The notes beneath the pieces are model-generated. The model saw only the letters and a list, made by a program, of their open reading frames with translations, made no database searches and was not told where the DNA came from. Made by a program: the position numbers and the translations under genes. A stretch of DNA of 64,000 nt. Source: the human T2T-CHM13v2.0 reference genome, Homo sapiens. Numbering within the stretch: the first letter of the stretch is position 1; each line of letters opens with the position of its first letter. The stretch lies in NCBI RefSeq assembly GCF_009914755.1, contig NC_060940.1. The stretch is one strand, 5' to 3'. This document shows, one piece after another, positions 14,801 to 29,415 of this stretch.

Positions 14801-17588
14801 GATTCCATTCGATGATGATTCCATTCGAGTCCATTCGATGATTTCATTCGAGTACATCCAATGATTCCATTCGAGTCCATTAGATGATTCCATTTGATTC
14901 CATTTGAAAATGATTCTACTAGAGTCCATTCAATGACTCCATTCGAGTCCATTCAACAATTCCATTCGACTCCATTCGATGATTCCATTCGATTCCATTT
15001 GATGGTTCCATTTGAGTCCATTTAATCATTACAGTCGAGTCCATTTGGTGATTCCACTGGATTTCTTTTGATAATGATACCATTCAATTACATTTGATGA
15101 TGATCCCATTCAATTTCATTTGATGATGATTCCATTAGAGTCCATTCGATGATTTCATTCGAGTCCCTTCATTGATTCCATCCGATTTCATTGGATGATG
15201 ACTCCATTCGAGTCCATTCGATGATTCCACTCGATTCCATTAGATGACTCCATTGGAGTCCATTTGATTGTTCCATTCGATTCCATTTGATTCCTTTCGA
15301 AGATTATTCCATTTGAGTCCATTCGATGATGATTCCATTCCATTCCATTCCATGATTCCGTTTGATTCCATTCGATGATTCCCTTCGATTCCTTTCTTTG
15401 ATGATTCCATTCCATTCCATTCAATGATTCCATTCGAATCTATTCCATGATGATTCCTTTCGATTCCATTCGCTGATGTTTCCGTTCAATTCCATTCGAT
15501 GATGATTCCATTCGATTCCATTCATTGAGGATTCCATTTGATTCCATTCAATGATGATTCCATTCTATTCCATTCAATGATTGCATTCAATTCCATTCAA
15601 TGATTATCCCATTAGAGTAAACTCAACGATTCCATTCAATATCATTCGATGATGATTCCTTTTGAGTCCATTCAATGATTTCATTCAAGTCCATTTGATG
15701 ATTCCTTTCAATTCCATTCTATGATGATTCCATTCGAGTCCATTCGATGATTCCATTCGATTGCATTCGATGATTCCAATATATTCCATTCAACGATGAT
15801 TCCATTCGAGTCTGTTCCATGATTCCATTAGAGTACATTTAATGATTGCTTTGTTTTCAATTCGAAGATGATTACATTGGATTCCATTCTATGATACCAT
15901 TCGATTCCATTCAATGATGATTCCACTCAAATCCATTGGATGATTCCATTCGTGTCCATTCGGTGATTTCATTAGATTCCATTCGAGGATGATTCCATTC
16001 GATTCCATTCGATGATTCCATTCAATTCCATTCGATGATGATTCCATTCCAGTCCATATGATCATTCCATTTGATTTCATTCGATGATGATTCCATTCGA
16101 TTCCATTCGACGATTCCATTCTATTCCATTCAATGATGATTCCATTCGAGTCCATTCGATGATTCCATTCGAGTCCATTTAATGATTCCATTGGGTTCAA
16201 TTCAATGATGATTACATTGGATTCCGTTCTATGATTCCATTCAATTCCGTTCATTGACAATTTGATTCCATTCGATGATGATTCCATTTGAGTTCATTCG
16301 ATGATTCTATTCGATTCTCTTCGATGGTGATTCAATTCTATTATATTGGATGATTCCATTCGATTCCATTTGATGTTGATTCAATTCGATTCTATTCGAT
16401 GATGATTCCATTGGATTTCACTTGATGATTCTATTCGATTCCATTCAATGATGATTCACTTCTCGTCCATTGGATGATTCCATTTCATTCCATTCGATGA
16501 TGATTCCATTCGATTCCATTCGATGATTCCATTTGATTCCATGCGACGGTGAGCAATTCGATTCAATTCCATGATGATTCTATTTGATTCAATTAGATGA
16601 TGTTTCCATTCGAATCCATTCCATGATTATTCCATTGGAATCCATTCGGCGATGATTCCATATGAGTCAATTCAATGATGATTCCATATGGGTCCGTTCG
16701 ATGATAATTCCATTTGATTTCATTCGATGCTTCTATTCTATTCCAGTCGATGATGATTCCGTTGGAGTCCATACGATGATTCCATTTGATTTCATTTGAT
16801 GATGATTCCATTCGATGATGATTACATTGGATTCCATTCTATGATTCCATTCAATTCCATTCGTTGATGATTCGATTCCATTCAATGATGATTCCATTTG
16901 AGTTCATTCGATGATTCTATTCGATTCCGTTCGATGGTGATTCAATTCTATTATATTGGATGATTCCACTCGATTCCATTTGATGATTATTCCATTGGAG
17001 TCCACTTAGTGAATCCTTTAGATTCTACTCGACGATGATTCCATTCGAGTCCATTCGATGATACCATTCAATTCCATTCGTTGATGCTTCCATTCAAGTG
17101 CATTCGATGATATCATTCGATTCCATTTGATGATAATTCCATTTGATTCCATGCGATGATTCTATTCGATTCCATTCAATGATAATTCCATTCAATTCAG
17201 TGATTCCTCTGGACTCCATTTGATGATGATTCCATTCAATGATTCCATTCGATTCTATTCGAAAATGATTCCATTTGAATCCATTTGATGATGATTCCAT
17301 TAGATTCCATTTGATGATTCCATTCGATTCCATTCGACGATGATTCCATTCCATTCCGTTTGATGATTCCATTCTATTCTATTCGATGATGATTCCATTC
17401 GATTCCATTCGATGATGATTGGATTCGATTCCATTGGATGATTTCATTTGATTCCATTCGTTAATGATTTCGATCAATTCCATTCGATGATTCCATTCGA
17501 TTCCATTCGATAATGATTACATCCGAGTCCATTCGATGATTCCCTTTGAGCCTGTTCGATAATTCCATTTGAGTCCAACCAATGATTC
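11851..17588 (+). repeat. Unit U3, short variant of 5,738 bp (same 374-bp deletion)
   Basis: Offset 11854 to 17592 is 5738; identical junction at 13996-14003. Confidence 0.95.
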
Positions 17589-20500
17589 CATTCATTTCCA
17601 TTCAATGATTCCATTCGAGTCCATTTGATCATTCCGGTAGGGTCCATTCGATGTTGATTCCATTGGAGTGCATTCGATGATTCCATTCGAGTCCATTTTA
17701 GGATTTGATTCGAGTCCTTTCGATGATTCCATTCGATTCCACTCGATGATGATTTCATTCGAGTCCATTCGACACTTCCAATCGATTCCATTTGATGATT
17801 CCATTCGAGTCCAATTGATGATTCCATTCAATTCCATTCGATGATGATTCCGTACGATTCCATTCTGTGATGATTCCATGTGATTGCATTCAATGATGAT
17901 TCCTTTCGATTGCATTCGATTATGATTCATTTCGTGTTCATTCTATGGTTCCACAGGTTTCCATTCGTGTCCATTCCGTTATTCCATTCTATTCCATTTG
18001 ATGATGATTCCGTTCGATTCCATTCATTGGTGATTCCACTCAATTCCATTCAATGATTCCATTCCATTTCTTTCAACAATGATTCCATTAGTTTCTAATC
18101 GATGATCCACTTGATTCCATTTGATGACGATTCCATTCTTGTCCATTCGATTATTCCATTTGATTCCATATGATGATGATTCCATTCGATTCCATACCAT
18201 GATGATTCCATTCGAGTCCATTCAATGGTGATTCCATTCAATTCCATTCGATGATTCCTTTTGATTCCATTCGATGATGATGGCATTCGATTCCTTTCAA
18301 TCATTCCCTTTGATTCCATTCAAAGGTGATTTCATTCAAGTCCATTCGATAATTGCATTCGATTCCATTCTATGATGATTCCATTCGAGTCCATTTGATG
18401 ATTCCATTCAATTCAAGTCAATGATGATTCCATTCGATTCCATTCGATGATTCCATTGGATTCCATTCGATGATGATTCCATTCAAATCCATTCGATAAT
18501 TCAATTCAAGTCCATTCGATGATGATTCCAATCGAATCCATTCAAAGATTCCATTCAGTTCCATTCGATGATTCCCTTAGATTCCATTCGATGATTCCAC
18601 TTGATTGCATTTACGATGATTCCATTCGATTCCATGTGATGATTCCATTCAATTCTATTCAATGATGTCTCCATTTGATTCCATTCGACCATGATTGCCT
18701 TTGATTCCATTCAATGATTCCATTCGGTTCCGTTTGATGATGATTCCGTTCGATTCCATTTGATGATTCCATTTGATTCCATTGGATGAGTCCATTCGAT
18801 TACATTCGATGATTATTCCATTCGAGTGCATTAGATGATTCCATTCGAGTCCATTCGATGATTCCATTCGATTCCATTCGATGTTGATTCTGTTCAAATC
18901 CATTCGATGATTCCACTCGATTCCATTCGTTGACTCCATTTGATCCCATTCGATGATTTCCTTTGATTCCCTTTGATGATCATTCCATTTGATTCAATTC
19001 GGTGATTTCATTTGATTCCATTCAGTGATGTTTCCATTCGACTCCATTCGATGATGATTCCATTCGACTCCATTCGATTATGATTTCATTCAATTCCATT
19101 CGATAATGATTCCCTTCGAGTCCATTCGATGATTCCATTCGATTCCATTCAACGATGATTTGATTCGTGTCCATTCGATGATTCCATTTGATTCCACTTG
19201 ATGATGATTCCATTCGAGTCCATTTGATGATTCCATTCAATTCCATACTCCGATGATTTCTTTTGAGCCCACTCAATGCTTCCACTCGATTCCATATGAT
19301 GATGACTCCATTCGATGAAATTCGATGATGATTCCATTCGCTTGCTTTCGATGATGATTCCACTTGAGTCCGTTAGAAGATTCTATTCAATTACATTCCA
19401 TGACGATTCCGTTCGAGTCCATTTGATGATTCCATTAGACTCCATTCGACGATGATTCCATTCGATGTTATTCCATGATTCCATTCGATCTCATTCGATG
19501 ATGATTCCATTCAACTCCATTCGATGTTTCCATTCGAGTTCATTCTATTATTCCATTAGATTCCATTCGATGATGATTCCATTCGATTCCATTTGATGAT
19601 TGCATTCTATTTCATTTGATGATGATTCCATTCGAGTCCACTCGATGATTCCATTCGAGTCCATTTAATGAATCCATTGGTTTCAATTCTATGATGATTA
19701 CATTGGATTCCATTCGTTGATGATTTCATTCGGTTCCATTCAATGATGATTCCATTCAATTCCTTTCAATGTTTCCATTCAATTCCATACGATGATGATT
19801 CCATTTGATTTGATTCGACAGTGAGCCATTCGATTCAATTCCATGATGATTCTATTTGATTCAATTGGTTGACATTTCCATTCGATTCCATTCGATGATG
19901 ATTCCCTTTGATTCCGTTCAAAGATGATTCCATTCTAGCCCATTCAATCATTCCATTCGATTCTATTCAATGATGATTCCATTCATGTCGATTTGGTGAT
20001 TCCATTTGACTTCATTTGATGATGATTCCTTTCAAGTTCATTAGATGATTCCATTCGATTCCATTTGATGATGATCCCATTCGAGTCCATTCAGTGATTC
20101 CATTCGTTTCCATTCCATGATGATTCCATTCCTTTCCATTCAATGATTCCATTCGATTCCGTTTGATGATGATTTCATTCGAGTCCATTTGATGATTCCA
20201 TTTGATTCCATTCGATGATGATTCCATTCGAGTCCATTCGATGATTCTATTCGAATCCATTTGATGATTTCTTTTGATTATATTTGGTGATGATTCCATT
20301 GGAGTCCATTCAATGATTCCATTCTATTCCAATCGATGATGATTCCATTAGAGTCCATTTAATGATTCCATTTGATTCCAGTCTCTGATGATTACATTCG
20401 AGTCCATACGATGATTCCACTCAATTCCATATGATGATGATTCCATTTGATTCCATTCGGTGATTCCATTCTATTCTATTCAATGGTGATTCCATTCGAG

Positions 20501-23500
20501 TACATTAGATGATTCCATTCGATTCCATTCAATGATGATTCTATTTGTGTCCCTTAGATGATTCCACATGATTCCATTAGATGATGATACTATTTGAGCC
20601 CATCCAATGATTCCCTTCGTTTCCATTCGATGAGGATTCCATTCGATTCAATTCATTGGTGATTCTATTCAATTCAATTCTTTGATTCCATTCCATTCCA
20701 TTCGACAATGATTCCATTCGATTTCTTTCGATGATTCCACTCGATTCCACTTGACATTGATTCCATTCGATTCCATTCAATGATTCCATTTGATTCCAGT
20801 GGATGATGATTGCCATCGATTCCATTCGATCACTCCATTCTATTCCATTTGATGATGATTACATTCGATTCCATTTGATGATTCCATCTGATTCTATTCG
20901 AGGATTCCATTTGATTCCATTCGATGATGATTCCATTCGAGTCCATTCGATGATTTCATTCGAGTACATCCAATGATTCCATTCGAGTCCATTAGATGAT
21001 TCCATTTGATTCCATTTGAAAATGATTCTACTAGAGTCCATTCAATGACTCCATTCGAGTCCATTCAACAATTCCATTCGACTCCATTCGATGATTCCAT
21101 TCGATTCTATTTGATGGTTCCATTCGAGTCCATTTAATCATTACAGTCGAGTCCATTTGGTGATTCCACTGGATTTCTTTTGATAATGATACCATTCAAT
21201 TACATTTGATGATGATCCCATTCAATTTCATTTGATGATGATTCCATTAGAGTCCATTCGATGATTTCATTCGAGTCCCTTCATTGATTCCATCCAATTT
21301 CATTGGATGATGACTCCATTCGAGTCCATTCGATGATTCCACTCGATTCCATTAGATGACTCCATTGGAGTCCATTTGATTGTTCCATTCGATTCCATTC
21401 GATTCCTTTCGAAGATTATTCCATTTGAGTCCATTCGATGATGATTCCATTCCATTCCATTCCATGATTCCGTTTGATTCCATTCGATGATTCCCTTCGA
21501 TTCCTTTCTTTGATGATTCCATTCCATTCCATTCAATGATTCCATTCGAATCTATTCCATGATGATTCCTTTCGATTCCATTCGCTGATGTTTCCGTTCA
21601 ATTCCATTCGATGATGATTCCATTCGATTCCATTCATTGAGGATTCCATTTGATTCCATTCAATGATGATTCCATTCTATTCCATTCAATGATTGCATTC
21701 AATTCCATTCAATGATTATCCCATTAGAGTAAACTCAACGATTCCATTCAATACCATTCGATGATGATTCCTTTTGAGTCCATTCAATGATTTCATTCAA
21801 GTCCATTTGATGATTCCTTTCAATTCCATTCTATGATGATTCCATTCGAGTCCATTCGATGATTCCATTCGATTGCATTCGATGATTCCATTATATTCCA
21901 CTCAACGATGATTCCATTCGAGTCCATTCGATGATTCCATTAGAGTACATTTAATGATTGCTTTGTTTTCAATTCGAAGATGATTACATTGGATTCCATT
22001 CTATGATACCATTCGATTCCATTCAATGATGATTCCACTCAAATCCATTGGATGATTCCATTCGTGTCCATTCGGTGATTTCATTAGATTCCATTCGAGG
22101 ATGATTCCATTCGATTCCATTCGATGATTCCATTCAATTCCATTCGATGATGATTCCATTCCAGTCCATATGATCATTCCATTTGATTTCATTCGATGAT
22201 GATTCCATTCAATTCGATTCGACGATTCCATTCTATTCCATTCGATGATGATTCCATTCGAGTCCATTCGATGATTCCATTCGAGTCCATTTAATGATTC
22301 CATTGGGTTCAATTCAATGATGATTACATTGGATTCCGTTCTATGATTCCATTCAATTCCGTTCATTGACAATTTGATTCCATTCGATGATGATTCCATT
22401 TGAGTTCATTCGATGATTCTATTCGATTCTCTTCGATGGTGATTCAATTCTATTATATTGGATGATTCCATTCGATTCCATTTGATGTTGATTCAATTCG
22501 ATTCTATTCGATGATGATTCCATTGGATTTCACTTGATGATTCTATTCGATTCCATTCAATGATGATTCACTTCTCGTCCATTGGATGATTCCATTTCAT
22601 TCCATTCGATGATGATTCCATTCGATTCCATTCGATGATTCCATTTGATTCCATGCGACGGTGAGCAATTCGATTCAATTCCATGATGATTCTATTTGAT
22701 TCAATTAGATGATGTTTCCATTCGAATCCATTCCATGATTATTCCATTGGAATCCATTCGGCGATGATTCCATATGAGTCAATTCAATGATGATTCCATA
22801 TGGGTCCGTTCGATGATAATTCCATTTGATTTCATTCGATGCTTCTATTCTATTCCAGTCGATGATGATTCCGTTGGAGTCCATACGATGATTCCATTTG
22901 ATTTCATTTGATGATGATTCCATTCGATGATGATTACATTGGATTCCATTCTATGATTCCATTCAATTCCATTCGTTGATGATTCGATTCCATTCAATGA
23001 TGATTCCGTTTGAGTTCATTCGATGATTCTATTCGATTCCGTTCGATGGTGATTCAATTCTATTATATTGGATGATTCCACTCGATTCCATTTGATGATT
23101 ATTCCATTGGAGTCCACTTAGTGAATCCTTTAGATTCTACTCGACGATGATTCCATTCGAGTCCATTCGATGATACCATTCAATTCCATTCGTTGATGCT
23201 TCCATTCAAGTGCATTCGATGATATCATTCGATTCCATTTGATGATAATTCCATTTGATTCCATGCGATGATTCTATTCGATTCCATTCAATGATAATTC
23301 CATTCAATTCAGTGATTCCTCTGGACTCCATTTGATGATGATTCCATTCAATGATTCCATTCGATTCTATTCGAAAATGATTCCATTTGAATCCATTTGA
23401 TGATGATTCCATTAGATTCCATTTGATGATTCCATTCGATTCCATTCGACGATGATTCCATTCGATTCCGTTTGATGATTCCATTCTATTCTATTCGATG

Positions 23501-23700
23501 ATGATTCCATTCGATTCCATTCGATGATGATTGGATTCGATTCCATTTGATGATTTCATTTGATTCCATTCGTTAATGATTTCGATCAATTCCATTCGAT
23601 GATTCCATTCGATTCCATTCGATAATGATTACATCCGAGTCCATTCGATGATTCCCTTTGAGCCTGTTCGATAATTCCATTTGAGTCCAACCAATGATTC
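17589..23700 (+). repeat. Unit U4, full length, 6,112 bp
   Basis: Offset 17592 to 23704 is 6112; retains the gacagtgagcc-containing 374-bp segment. Confidence 0.95.
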
Positions 23701-26700
23701 CATTCATTTCCATTCAATGATTCCATTCGAGTCCATTTGATCATTCCGGTAGGGTCCATTCGATGTTGATTCCATTGGAGTGCATTCGATGATTCCATTC
23801 GAGTCCATTTTAGGATTTGATTCGAGTCCTTTCGATGATTCCATTCGATTCCACTCGATGATGATTTCATTCGAGTCCATTCGACACTTCCAATCGATTC
23901 CATTTGATGATTCCATTCGAGTCCAATTGATGATTCCATTCAATTCCATTCGATGATGATTCCGTACGATTCCATTCTGTGATGATTCCATGTGATTGCA
24001 TTCAATGATGATTCCTTTCGATTGCATTCGATTATGATTCATTTCGTGTTCATTCTATGGTTCCACAGGTTTCCATTCGTGTCCATTCCATTATTCCATT
24101 CTATTCCATTTGATGATGATTCCATTCGATTCCATTCATTGGTGATTCCACTCAATTCCATTCAATGATTCCATTCCATTTCTTTCAACAATGATTCCAT
24201 TAGTTTCTAATCGATGATCCACTTGATTCCATTTGACGACGATTCCATTCTTGTCCATTCGATGATTCCATTTGATTCCATATGATGATGATTCCATTCG
24301 ATTCCATACCATGATGATTCCATTCGAGTCCATTCAATGGTGATTCCATTCAATTCCATTCGATGATTCCTTTTGATTCCATTCGATGATGATGGCATTC
24401 GATTCCTTTCAATCATTCCCTTTGATTTCATTCAAAGGTGATTTCATTCAAGTCCATTCGATAATTGCATTCGATTCCATTCTATGATGATTCCATTCGA
24501 GTCCATTTGATGATTCCATTCAATTCAAGTCAATGATGATTCCATTCGATTCCATTCGATGATTCCATTGGATTCCATTCGATGATGATTCCATTCAAAT
24601 CCATTCGATAATTCAATTCAAGTCCATTCGATGATGATTCCAATCGAATCCATTCAAAGATTCCATTCAGTTCCATTCGATGATTCCCTTAGATTCCATT
24701 CGATGATTCCACTTGATTGCATTTACGATGATTCCATTCGATTCCATGTGATGATTCCATTCAATTCTATTCAATGATGTCTCCATTTGATTCCATTCGA
24801 CCATGATTGCCTTTGATTCCATTCAATGATTCCATTCGGTTCCGTTTGATGATGATTCCGTTCGATTCCATTTGATGATTCCATTTGATTCCATTGGATG
24901 AGTCCATTCGATTACATTCGATGATTATTCCATTCGAGTGCATTAGATGATTCCATTCGAGTCCATTCGATGATTCCATTCGATTCCATTCGATGTTGAT
25001 TCTGTTCAAATCCATTCGATGATTCCACTCGATTCCATTCGTTGACTCCATTTGATCCCATTCGATGATTTCCTTTGATTCCCTTTGATGATCATTCCAT
25101 TTGATTCAATTCGGTGATTTCATTTGATTCCATTCAGTGATGTTTCCATTCGACTCCATTCGATGATGATTCCATTCGACTCCATTCGATTATGATTTCA
25201 TTCAATTCCATTCGATAATGATTCCCTTCGAGTCCATTCGATGATTCCATTCGATTCCATTCAACGATGATTTGATTCGTGTCCATTCGATGATTCCATT
25301 TGATTCCACTTGATGATGATTCCATTCGAGTCCATTTGATGATTCCATTCAATTCCATACTCCGATGATTTCTTTTGAGCCCACTCAATGCTTCCACTCG
25401 ATTCCATATGATGATGACTCCATTCGATGAAATTCGATGATGATTCCATTCGCTTGCTTTCGATGATGATTCCACTTGAGTCCGTTAGAAGATTCTATTC
25501 AATTACATTCCAGGACGATTCCGTTCGAGTCCATTTGATGATTCCATTAGACTCCATACGACGATGATTCCATTCGATGTTATTCGATGATTCCATTCGA
25601 TCTCATTCGATGATGATTCCATTCAACTCCATTCGATGTTTCCATTCGAGTTCATTCTATTATTCCATTAGATTCCATTCGATGATGATTCCATTCGATT
25701 CCATTTGATGATTGCATTCTATTTCATTTGATGATGATTCCATTCGAGTCCACTCGATGATTCCATTCGAGTCCATTTAATGAATCCATTGGTTTCAATT
25801 CTATGATGATTACACTGGATTCCATTCGTTGATGATTTCATTCGGTTCCATTCCATGATGATTCCATTCCTTTCCATTCAATGATTCCATTCGATTCCGT
25901 TTGATGATGATTTCATTCGAGTCCATTTGATGATTCCATTTGATTTCTTTCGATGATGATTCCATTCGAGTCCATTCGATGATTCTATTCGAATCCATTT
26001 GATGATTTCTTTTGATTATATTTGGTGATGATTCCATTGGAGTCCATTCAATGATTCCATTCTATTCCAATCGATGATGATTCCATTAGAGTCCAGTTAA
26101 TGATTCCATTTGATTCCAGTCTCTGATGATTACATTCGAGTCCATACGATGATTCCACTCAATTCCATATGATGATGATTCCATTTGATTCCATTCGGTG
26201 ATTCCGTTCTATTCTATTCAATGGTGATTCCATTCGAGTACATTAGATGATTCCATTCGATTCCATTCATTGATGATTCTATTTGTGTCCCTTAGATGAT
26301 TCCACATGATTCCATTAGATGATGATACTATTTGAGCCCATCCAATGATTCCCTTCGATTCCATTCGATGAGGATTCCATTCGATTCAATTCATTGGTGA
26401 TTCTATTCAATTCAATTCTTTGATTCCATTCCATTCCATTCGACAATGATTCCATTCGATTTCTTTCGATGATTCCACTCGATTCCACTTGACATTGATT
26501 CCATTCGATTCCATTCAATGATTCCATTTGATTCCAGTGGATGATGATTGCCATCGATTCCATTCGATCACTCCATTCTATTCCATTTGATGATGATTAC
26601 ATTCGATTCCATTTGATGATTCCATCTGATTCTATTCGAGGATTCCATTTGATTCCATTCGATGATGATTCCATTCGAGTCCATTCGATGATTTCATTCG

Positions 26701-29415
26701 AGTACATCCAATGATTCCATTCGAGTCCATTAGATGATTCCATTTGATTCCATTTGAAAATGATTCTACTAGAGTCCATTCAATGACTCCATTCGAGTCC
26801 ATTCAACAATTCCATTCGACTCCATTCGATGATTCCATTCGATTCCATTTGATGGTTCCATTCGAGTCCATTTAATCATTACAGTCGAGTCCATTTGGTG
26901 ATTCCACTGGATTTCTTTTGATAATGATACCATTCAATTACATTTGATGATGATCCCATTCAATTTCATTTGATGATGATTCCATTAGAGTCCATTCGAT
27001 GATTTCATTCGAGTCCCTTCATTGATTCCATCCGATTTCATTGGATGATGACTCCATTCGAGTCCATTCGATGATTCCACTCGATTCCATTAGATGACTC
27101 CATTGGAGTCCATTTGATTGTTCCATTCGATTCCATTTGATTCCTTTCGAAGATTATTCCATTTGAGTCCATTCGATGATGATTCCATTCCATTCCATTC
27201 CATGATTCCGTTTGATTCCATTCGATGATTCCCTTCGATTCCTTTCTTTGATGATTCCATTCCATTCCATTCAATGATTCCATTCGAATCTATTCCATGA
27301 TGATTCCTTTCGATTCCATTCGCTGATGTTTCCGTTCAATTCCATTCGATGATGATTCCATTCGATTCCATTCATTGAGGATTCCATTTGATTCCATTCA
27401 ATGATGATTCCATTCTATTCCATTCAATGATTGCATTCAATTCCATTCAATGATTATCCCATTAGAGTAAACTCAACGATTCCATTCAATATCATTCGAT
27501 GATGATTCCTTTTGAGTCCATTCAATGATTTCATTCAAGTCCATTTGATGATTCCTTTCAATTCCATTCTATGATGATTCCATTCGAGTCCATTCGATGA
27601 TTCCATTCGATTGCATTCGATGATTCCATTATATTCCATTCAACGATGATTCCATTCGAGTCCATTCCATGATTCCATTAGAGTACATTTAATGATTGCT
27701 TTGTTTTCAATTCGAAGATGATTACATTGGATTCCATTCTATGATACCATTCGATTCCATTCAATGATGATTCCACTCAAATCCATTGGATGATTCCATT
27801 CGTGTCCATTCGGTGATTTCATTAGATTCCATTCGAGGATGATTCCATTCGATTCCATTCGATGATGATTCCATTCCAGTCCATATGATCATTCCATTTG
27901 ATTTCATTCGATGATGATTCCATTCGATTCCATTCGACGATTTCATTCTATTCCATTCAATGATGATTCCATTCGAGTCCATTCGATGATTCCATTCGAG
28001 TCCATTTAATGATTCCATTGGGTTCAATTCAATGATGATTACATTGGATTCCGTTCTATGATTCCATTCAATTCCGTTCATTGACAATTTGATTCCATTC
28101 GATGATGATTCCATTTGAGTTCATTCGATGATTTTATTCGATTCTCTTCGATGGTGATTCAATTCTATTATATTGGATGATTCCATTCGATTCCATTTGA
28201 TGTTGATTCAATTCGATTCTATTCGATGATGATTCCATTGGATTTCACTTGATGATTCTATTCGATTCCATTCAATGATGATTCACTTCTCGTCCATTGG
28301 ATGATTCCATTTCATTCCATTCGATGATGATTCCATTCGATTCCATTCGATGATTCCATTTGATTCCATGCGACGGTGAGCAATTCGATTCAATTCCATG
28401 ATGATTCTATTTGATTCAATTAGATGATGTTTCCATTCGAATCCATTCCATGATTATTCCATTGGAATCCATTCGGCGATGATTCCATATGAGTCAATTC
28501 AATGATGATTCCATATGGGTCCGTTCGATGATAATTCCATTTGATTTCATTCGATGCTTCTATTCTATTCCAGTCGATGATGATTCCGTTGGAGTCCATA
28601 CGATGATTCCATTTGATTTCATTTGATGATGATTCCATTCGATGATGATTACATTGGATTCCATTCTATGATTCCATTCAATTCCATTCGTTGATGATTC
28701 GATTCCATTCAATGATGATTCCATTTGAGTTCATTCGATGATTCTATTCGATTCCGTTCGATGGTGATTCAATTCTATTATATTGGATGATTCCACTCGA
28801 TTCCATTTGATGATTATTCCATTGGAGTCCACTTAGTTCATCCTTTAGATTCTACTCGACGATGATTCCATTCGAGTCCATTCGATGATACCATTCAATT
28901 CCATTCGTTGATGCTTCCATTCAAGTGCATTCGATGATATCATTCGATTCCATTTGATGATAATTCCATTTGATTCCATGCGATGATTCTATTCGATTCC
29001 ATTCAATGATAATTCCATTCAATTCAGTGATTCCTCTGGACTCCATTTGATGATGATTCCATTCAATGATTCCATTCGATTCTATTCGAAAATGATTCCA
29101 TTTGAATCCATTTGATGATGATTCCATTAGATTCCATTTGATGATTCCATTCGATTCCATTCGACGATGATTCCATTCCATTCCGTTTGATGATTCCATT
29201 CTATTCTATTCGATGATGATTCCATTCGATTCCATTCGATGATGATTGGATTCGATTCCATTGGATGATTTCATTTGATTCCATTCGTTAATGATTTCGA
29301 TCAATTCCATTCGATGATTCCATTCGATTCCATTCGATAATGATTACATCCGAGTCCATTCGATGATTCCCTTTGAGCCTGTTCGATAATTCCATTTGAG
29401 TCCAACCAATGATTC
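23701..29415 (+). repeat. Unit U5, 5,715 bp (374-bp deletion plus a private 23-bp deletion)
   Basis: Offset 23704 to 29419 is 5715 = 6112-374-23. Junctions are at 25846-25853 and 27852-27866. Confidence 0.95.
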
